From Eledone cirrhosa (taxonomy: Eukaryota), in NCBI GenBank assembly GCA_964016885.1, contig OZ024740.1, forward strand, positions 362,886,001-362,950,000: a stretch of DNA of 64,000 nt, given 5' to 3'. Under the pieces are notes generated by a model. It saw nothing but the letters and a program-made list of their open reading frames with translations. It was not told the origin of the DNA and did no database searches. Below are positions 55,044 through 64,000 of the stretch, in pieces (position 1 is the first letter of the stretch; every line of letters begins with the position of its first letter). The position numbers and the translations under genes were made by a program.

Positions 55044-55199
55044 AAAAAGTCAAATGTACCTGAAATTCAAAGAGAACATATTATCAGACACAGTGTCACT
55101 GTGAATCTCCTTTAAGAACTACTTTAAGGATACAGGCGAAAGGCTCGTCCACGTAAAAAGTTAATTTCATGAGCAAGCTGTTCCGTTTTTTGAACAACT

Positions 55200-55911
<712 letters not shown>

Positions 55912-56149
55912 TAACGAGAGTATATATATATGTGTGTGTTAGTTAGGTGTGTAACTACAGTTACAGGTGGCGCACTGTTCGAAGCTCTGAATGCTATTAC
56001 GAGTTAAGTCTCATATAGGTAGTATTCCAGAGTTAAGGTGACTGTAGCGTGCAGAGTATAAATAGATTAAGTAGAATCGAAGTCAGTGTTGCAGCATATG
56101 TACACACTTTATTAGCATATTAGATGTATCTTTGCACATAGAAACTCGT

Positions 56150-56234
56150 ATATCTGATGAGATGTCGAAAAAGTGTCTGGCCCCATCATTTTGATTGTAC
56201 CCTGAACAGATAGATATCGAAGCAATTGTAATAT
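56150..56234 (+). ncRNA. Hammerhead-like motif (A15.1G) at the tip of a long hairpin
   Basis: ATAT-CTGATGA-GATGTC...GATATC-GAAgC-AATT-GTA-ATAT, enclosed by inverted arms 56066-56105 and 56256-56296. Confidence 0.55.
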
Positions 56235-56329
56235 TTGTAATATACCAATAACATTTGTACATATGCTGCAACACTGACCTTGATTCTACTTAATCTCTCT
56301 CTATGTATCTATCTCTATCTCTCTCTCAA

Positions 56330-56369
<40 letters not shown>

Positions 56370-57527
56370 GAATACAACCTTAAAGTAGTTAACTTCCTGG
56401 ATGTCACACTCAATTTAAACTCTGGTTTGATTAAACCGTTTCATAAATTGAATGAAAATCTCAAATACGTAAATGTTGGGTCTAACCACCCCATCTCTAT
56501 AATTAAATCTATCCCTAAAAATATTTCCCTTAGAATCTCGGGTCTATCTTCTAACATACAAGTATTTAAGGAACACGCCGAGTACTACGATAACGCCCTT
56601 AGTAAAGCAGGCTACCTCAACAAAATAGAGTACATAGATGGGAACAATCAAAACACCCAAAATAAATCCCACATAGGTAGATATAATAACACAACACCAA
56701 ACCACACTTACTACCATAGTATGCACACCAGTAAACCAACAAACAAAACTAATAGAAAGCGATGCAAAGAATACTTATGGTATAACCCCGAATACAATAG
56801 TTCCATTAGTACAAATTTACCAGTACTCTTCTTTAAAATAATTAAAAGACATTTTCCCACATCACACAAATACCACAAAATCCTAAACCCTACCACTATA
56901 AGACTGTCATACTCTACAGCGTTAAACCTTGAACAACACATAAAAAAGATCAATACTAGAAGGTTAAATGAAAACACTAAGAACTTAAGTACAAAGAACA
57001 CAAAAAAAACAGTAGACAATACACTACAGAACATAAATAAACCACACCTAAGTTCGTCCGCAATACTACTCCAGAGAAAACCCAACGTACACAACTGTAA
57101 CTGCACCTATCCTGACAACTGCCCCCTCGGCAATAACTGCCTGGAAAAAAATATTATTTATAAGTGTACCATTAAATCCGGAGGCAACGAGTGGTATTAC
57201 GTGGGATCAACGGCAACATCGTTTAAATCTCGATTGTATAGGCATTCTTACTCAATAAAACACCAGAGCCAAAGAAATGTAACAACTTTAGCAGAAAAAG
57301 CTTGGACGCTCAGGGATAGCGATCAAAAGTTTACCCTAAAATGGGAGAAATTAGCTAAAACCCAAAGCTTTTCCAGGAGCCAAAATTTCTGCAAATTGTG
57401 TAATCTTGAGATTTATTACATAATCACACACAAGAAGAAACTGCTGAATAACAGAATTGAACGAACATTATTCTGCCGTCACAGAACTAAAACCCTTTTT
57501 TCCCACTACAAGCCGAATATTACATAA
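56370..57527 (+). pseudogene. PLE ORF C-terminal part (RT motif 7/thumb + GIY-YIG endonuclease)
   Basis: NFLDVTLNL, SNHP, WYNPEY, CNCTYPDNCPL..NCL (CxCx5C), IIYKC..YYVGST..FKSRLYRH, CKLCNLE, CRH. The N-terminus of the tracked ORF is microsatellite and the RT catalytic core is absent. Confidence 0.9.
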
Positions 57528-57794
57528 AAGAGGGACATCCCCCAACTATATAAACCTTAATCTAGTTAGAAAAATATAAAAACAATCTCTTCTCAACATA
57601 TATTAATAACCTTAAATTACCACACTAATAATGGAAAGATATGCTGATGAGAATAGGTGCAAATATGCGATAATGAATGTGTCTAAAAACGTCCATAAGT
57701 ATGTATATATATGTGAAAATGTATATAAATAAGTAAATATATATATATGTTTGATGTGTATAGTTAGATGTAAGTGTATTCATGTATTAAAGTG

Positions 57795-57901
<107 letters not shown>

Positions 57902-58501
57902 ATATATATATATATATATGTGTGTATATATATATGTGTATGTATGTATGTGTATATAGATGTGTATGTATGTGTATGTGTGTACACATGGACTAGAGTA
58001 TGTATGTATATATGTGTGTGTCTATACGTGTGTATATAAAGATAAGTTGAGTATGAAAATGTATACACATGAGCGCGTATGTATGTACATGAATACATGT
58101 GTGTATATATATGTGTATGCATGCGTATATATATGTAAGTATGAATATGTGAATTGTGAGTATATGTATTTTGTAGAGGTGTGCAAATATATTTGTGTGT
58201 GAATGCGTGTGTGAAAGGATACTTACACTTGAAAGAAAAATTTAAGTCTGAATGTTAATTAAGTGCAAACACAAAACCAACCACGCATATCTTTACTATC
58301 TCTAATCCTTCTATAGATTTAGAAAAATAACCAATAATATATTCTATAAAAAATGTCAAAACAACAGATGGGAATCTAATTACTCACTGCCACCAAGAAT
58401 TCTCACTGCTATCGAAAAACCACTCCTTCAACTATTCTTCTAACAACTTCACCCCTCCCTCCTAATATTCTCTATAAAAACTAAATAGGTCCTCAGTAAT
58501 A

Positions 58502-58621
58502 TTATTCTGATGAAATGACAGTAAATAATAACATTGAAATATTGAATGTCTCCATAACTAAAAGTTTGTAGATAGCAGCTGTTTTAGGTTACGTAACTGT
58601 TATAGAAACACGTGTCAATAA
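58502..58621 (+). ncRNA. Type I hammerhead ribozyme with long stem II loop
   Basis: TTATT-CTGATGA-aATGACAGT...ACTGTTATa-GAAAC-ACGT-GTC-AATAA; stem I TTATT/AATAA and palindromic stem III loop. Confidence 0.75.
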
Positions 58622-61229
58622 ATTCCTTTCAACTAAACTGTATCCATTCAAATCTTTCTATATATATATATGTGTGTGTGTCTGTGTGTGTGTGAATGTG
58701 TGCGTGTGCGTGCGAAGATGGGTGGCTTAGTGGTTAGGGTGCTCGGCTCACGATCGTAAGGTCAGGAGTTTGATTCCCCGTGGCGCATTGTGTACGAAAT
58801 GTGCTTCACAATCTCCACGTATACGACAGTCATGTCTTAATCTACATGCAGACATAGTTTGGAGTGATACCTAATTAGCTAATTATTGAACTAGACATGT
58901 CAATCTTTGGTTGTTTTATTTCCAATCTTAAGTGAGCCACAAGATGTTAGCCATGTCTATTTGTTTTGTTTTTTATCGGTACATTCAGATAAATCGAATA
59001 AGAGACGAAATGACACTCTCATTACGATGAGATATCATTCAATATCAAAGTATTTATGGCTTTAATACATTTAAACGTCCGTGTAGAGCTAATAAATCAT
59101 GACAGCTGAGAAATATATCTAATATTACTTATATATGAGAAACAAAAATAAGAAAGAAAGGTACAAGACACACAAATAAGAAAAAGAAGGTGAAAAAGGA
59201 CAGGCATAGAGCAATTAAATATTTCTGTTGAATATTTTCAGGCTAACACCCCAACAATACGTCTAAGATCAAAAGTGTTCTCGCTATCTATATTTCAGAC
59301 ATGGTGTATCAAGAATTACATTATTCACCGTGTAATTTGATTATCAATGCGGTAGATTAGTCTGTTATTTTTAGCAAGTCGAGCAACTACATAAATTCAT
59401 TGGTTCACATTTTAATGTGTATGTTCTCTTTGTTGCTATTTGTTTGTGTTTCTCAATAAATAAAATGAAATGGGCCAACACACAGTTACAGTAACGAGAT
59501 CAGACACCATCATACAACAAGTGGTTATTAGAGTTGAAATCCTGTCTGGATCGCTTTTACCATTAAATTAAAATTGATTCAATTTATTATGTTCCTCCTC
59601 TACACACTTATTGCCTTCTGTCAATGTCTGAAAAAAATCACAATTTCTATTAATTTATCCAGTAAATGTGAGAGCCCAGGAAAGTTTAGAGAAAATAATG
59701 TGTGTATGTTTTATATCATCAGTTACTTCTCTATAGTGAATGCATGTGGCATAGTAATTAGGATGTTCGACTCAAGATCGTAAAGTTGTGAGTTCTATTC
59801 CAGGTGTTGTTGTGTCCTTTAGCACAACACTCTTATATTGCTCCAATCAATTCAGCTGGACAAAAATAAGTTAAACCGGTAATTCAAAGGTCCAGACTTG
59901 TCACATAGGGTGGCAAGCTGAATCTCGTTGAGAATTACGTTAGGAGTGCACGTCGGTAGAATGTAGAGCCGCGTGTCGTTAATTTCTCGAGCATGATATT
60001 CCATTAGTCAAACAGCTAGAACATTCGTCGGAACCGACGGAGATCCAACATATGACCAGTGACACTTACAAAAGGTGGCATATAAGAAAAAGGGATTCAG
60101 GCGTCGAATCAAATGGATTGGTGCTATATATTCTGGTTTGAATGAATACCAACAATCCTTCCAAATCCCGTTCAGATCCACCGAGATTAAGTTTTCCATT
60201 CATAAAATCGATAAATATAATATCAGTCCAGCGGGATTGTTAGATTGTCAGGCACGGTACCTTGCGGCATCTTTTTCGACTTTTTGTCTTAAGTGTTTGG
60301 CTGAGACGTCACTGGTGTTCTATCTCGTAGAGTGAAGGGAAATGGGTTTTTTTCGGTTAGAATATTATGACATGGCAAGTGAAAATTATCAACTGTCTCC
60401 ACTAACCAGTTTCTAATTTATCAAATCTTATTAATCAACAATATCCATATTGCCAATCTTCGTTGGATTGCAACGGTTTCAACAGAGTCTCTACAAAACA
60501 TATTGTTCCTTCTGCCCGTCCTAATAAAGGCCACATACTTCTGGCCGCAATATATGACTGGCACTGATTTTATCTATGAAAACGACCAGGAAACAAGAAT
60601 TAGATATTTTGTACAACGCTTGTTCTACTGATTTTAACACTCCATAGTTGCTAGCGTACCAATATTTATAAATTTATAACATACGTACAAGATACCCAAC
60701 TTTAGAAGAAGTAATAGTCAATTACGTTGATATCAGTACTTGGTTGAAAATCTATTTTCAGAACCTGGAAGGAAAAAAGGAAAATAACAAACGCAGTGAT
60801 ATTTAAACTCAGAACATACAAAGATGTAACTAAATGCTGCATTGTATTTTGTTCAACCCTTTGACAGTTCTGATAATCCAAATCAAAATGATTCAGAATA
60901 TGCTAGATGTGTCATTAACATTATCTCTGTAAGTTATATATCCAAATTAGCGAAAGCTTTTTAAAAGTAAATACCATTACATGTTAATGCAGAAAACTTG
61001 TGTGTGGAGTGGTTTTCAATGGTAAACGCGCTAAGTTAGGGTCAAGAGTGTTTTAATTACCACTAATATTTTGTTGAAAGCACGCTAAGATAAAATATGT
61101 TTTTAAATCTTAGGAGAGTATTGATTGGTTGGAAAAGATTGAAAATTTAAAATAAATTGAAAACCATAAAATCGATTGATTTAGCTTATATTTTATCAAA
61201 ATCGAAGAATTCTAAATCAAATCTTTCTC

Positions 61230-62560
61230 CCAAAATATACAACCTGTTTACATTTCCTTCTGGAGTTATGTTATAGGCCTGGGTTGTTACTTTTTTCTGT
61301 AAGTTATCATTTGACAATTTGTAACTGAAACAGCATTTATTATAACGATTTAGAGAGCGGTGGATTGGCAGTATCAGTAGAGCGTCGGTCAATATAGTTT
61401 ACGGCATAGAGTTACGGCTCTTGACATTCTAAGTTCATTACGTTCTTTCATCCTTGCGGGGTCGATAAAATACCAGTAACGCACTGGAATCGATTTAAAC
61501 GACTTTCCCCTCCCCTAAAATTGCTGACCTTGTGTCTAAATCAGAAACCATTATTACGATTTAGGGCGGTAGATTGGCAGTATCGGTAGAGGGTCGGACG
61601 CTATGCTTTGCAGCATAGTTACGCCCCTTTACGGACTGAGTTTAAATCCCGCCGAGATTAATTTTTGCCTTTCATCCTTACGGGGTCGATAAAATAAAGT
61701 ACCAGTAATGCACTGGGTATTTGCTGTCCTTGTACCAAAAGTACGGATACAATTTAAACATATACGATGTTTAAGCAATTTTGAATGAACAAAATTCATT
61801 TCATTAAAAAGTCCACCCACGTCATTATTTGAATACAACAACATTTCAATGATAAATCAAAAAGCATTTCGAATGAATTCTTTCTGACAGAAAATATATA
61901 CAAAGAAGTTTCAATCCAAAGAAAATGGTATTGGAAACTTTAACTCAGGTTACACATCGATCTGCTTCCATTGAAAGTTTATTTATTTAAGCTTTCGTTA
62001 TATTCATTAAAATATTTTGCAATATTTAAAATTGCAGACCTGATAGATTTCAGGCATTCAGACGTACCAGAATATTTTATGGATTCTAAAACAAACCTAT
62101 TTCGTTGTTGCTGCACAATTTCGATGGTAAATTTAATGCATCTTTCATGTACTTCATTTTCTGCTTTTTGAAGAAATTTACATTGGGAAAGTTCATCCTT
62201 AAATTGAAAACCATGATAGGATTAAGTATTTTCTGGTTATAACAATAATTGGACTAAGAGAATCTATAAAATATTGTAGATCATCCAATACCTTAGTCAG
62301 CTCTTGTGTCGGAGCCTCAAAACTATTAAATCGTTGGACATGAGGATAAATTTGCTTAAAAATAAACACTGAAAAACAAAAACAAGCATATCTTGTTATT
62401 AAACAAAAATTATATTTTAATTGTATAGTATCTTTCCGAATTTCTGACTATGCTAAAATGACAATATAATTCAGTCAAAAATCCCCGTAAGAGAAATTTT
62501 ATTTGAGAACCATCTAGTTAGTCGCACTAGGACAGACAGACTTTATAACGGAAAACATAT
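61230..62560 (-). pseudogene. Decayed hAT transposase, interrupted by two SINEs
   Basis: Minus strand TRWFS.., FEAPTQELTKVLDDL, ERCIKF..QQRNR, QW, FWIE, LLYSNNDVGGLFNEMNFVHSK (SNAxxERxFS-like) and KCCFSYKL. A candidate TIR CAGCGTTGCCAA ends at 63771. Confidence 0.65.
61356..61740 (+). mobile_element. Two tandem SINE family A copies
   Basis: GCGGTGGATTGGCAGTATC starts near 61357 and 61567. Confidence 0.85.
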
Positions 62561-64000
62561 TGGAAATTCTTGCTTAAGCTCTATTATTTGTATATATATT
62601 ATACTCTGAGCATTGACTCCAATTAGATATTAATTATTCTCATTCTAGTGTCGATAGTGAATTTACGAAAGAAGCAATATCAGTGAAAAGGCATCTTTTC
62701 ACTGGCGGAATCATAGAGTAGTCATATATGATCCAGGTTTCTTCTGAGATCAAATTTATATAAAAATTATATAAATACAGTTGTTATCAAAAGAGTGCTC
62801 AAATCGGATTTGAGTCTGGCTATCATTTTAATAACTAAATTTGCATCGTGATAAGTCTTATGAAAGACAAAAACGTTAGATTAAAATTATAAACAATGTT
62901 TTATTATTATAAACTTTTACACAACTGATAAAGATTATATTATTACTTTATTACTTCTGATAATTACATTTTATTAATACAATATATTATTCTGAAAAAA
63001 GAGATATATACCTAGACATATGTGTGTGTGCGTTTAGATATAGCAGCTAATTGCTTCCAATGTCGTTATAACACAAATGAATATATATCTTGAGGGTGGG
63101 GGATGGGCAGAGAGAGAGAGAGACAGATGCTGCCACTTATAATAGATACTGATAGCTACTTATAATTGATACTAAGCGAGTCTTATAATAAATATTCATA
63201 GATGTGAATTTCCGTAAGGGATTTGACATAATTATTATTTACAAACGAATAATTGTTTCTACTTTTGACACATGGCCAGCAATTTGAAGGGAAGGGGGAA
63301 ATTGATAAAATCGACCCAGTGCGTTTCTGGTACTTTATTTCAACTGCCTCGAAGTGAATTGAACTCAGAACGTAAAGGGCCGTAACTATATGTCGCAATT
63401 GCCAATCCACCGCCCTTATTTACCAACGAATAATAAACGACTTTATATCTAAACATTAATGAAAAGGTTTGAACTGATGAGTGTATATGAATTTTCATAG
63501 AATTATTGTATTCTCAGCGCGAAGGATAGCCATAAACAGCTGAACACTGTATGCATAGTAAGAAGTTAGGTTAAGATATAACCTCATATCGAACGGATAG
63601 TGGGAGAGAAAGGAAGAAAGAGAGTCTAATATTTATGAGGGACCATAGAAACGTGCCAAAACATATTAAAATAAAATACTATAGCTATAAAATAGAATGG
63701 CTGCGCGCTTAACCCCAACTTTGCGCTTTACGCGCTGCGAAAACGCGTTTCGCGCTAAATTGGCAACGCTGTTGGAGTTATTTATGTAAAATAACAATCC
63801 TAAACGTTGTTATATATTGAACTGTTCCCCCAAGAATAACAGTTTTCATGAGGGCTGGAAACTTTCGTGATGTCAAAAAGGAGATACAAGATTATTCACC
63901 CGTATCCTTATAATTTAGATATCCCAAAAGAACAATCTCACTTTCATATTAAATCAATTTGGATTCATTAAACTAAAATTTGAAAACTACTGGTTTCATT

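Noticed and set aside
56370-57620. Possible selenoprotein-type Naiad (UGA at conserved Cys plus SECIS)
   Set aside because: The CxCx5C, CxxC and CxH positions are ordinary Cys codons with no in-frame UGA; the ORF ends in TAA.

Overview
AT-rich, microsatellite-saturated animal DNA. The SINE families and (TA)n/(CA)n/(TATG)n density suggest an octopus/coleoid genome (inference). I found no host protein-coding exon, rRNA, tRNA gene or CRISPR array; most long ORFs in the track are microsatellite translations. The real content is mobile DNA: a young, 5'-truncated Penelope-like element (Neptune-type RT plus GIY-YIG, 51124-53182, minus) bracketed by inverted pseudo-LTRs; a Naiad-like PLE 3' half (56370-58658); decayed PLE, R4/Dong, RTE, CRE, CR1-like and L1/Tx1 fragments; hAT and hATm transposons; three non-autonomous Helitrons; MITEs; and two abundant tRNA-derived SINE families. 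The most striking layer is non-coding. About 20 type I hammerhead-ribozyme motifs (intact, variant or decayed) from roughly a dozen unrelated sequence families sit in palindromic or partial-tandem inserts, mostly embedded in (TA)n. They include two ORF-less ~500-bp retrozyme-like units and two families with a U3-A8 catalytic-core variant. All folds and alignments were read by eye, and boundaries of decayed elements are approximate.
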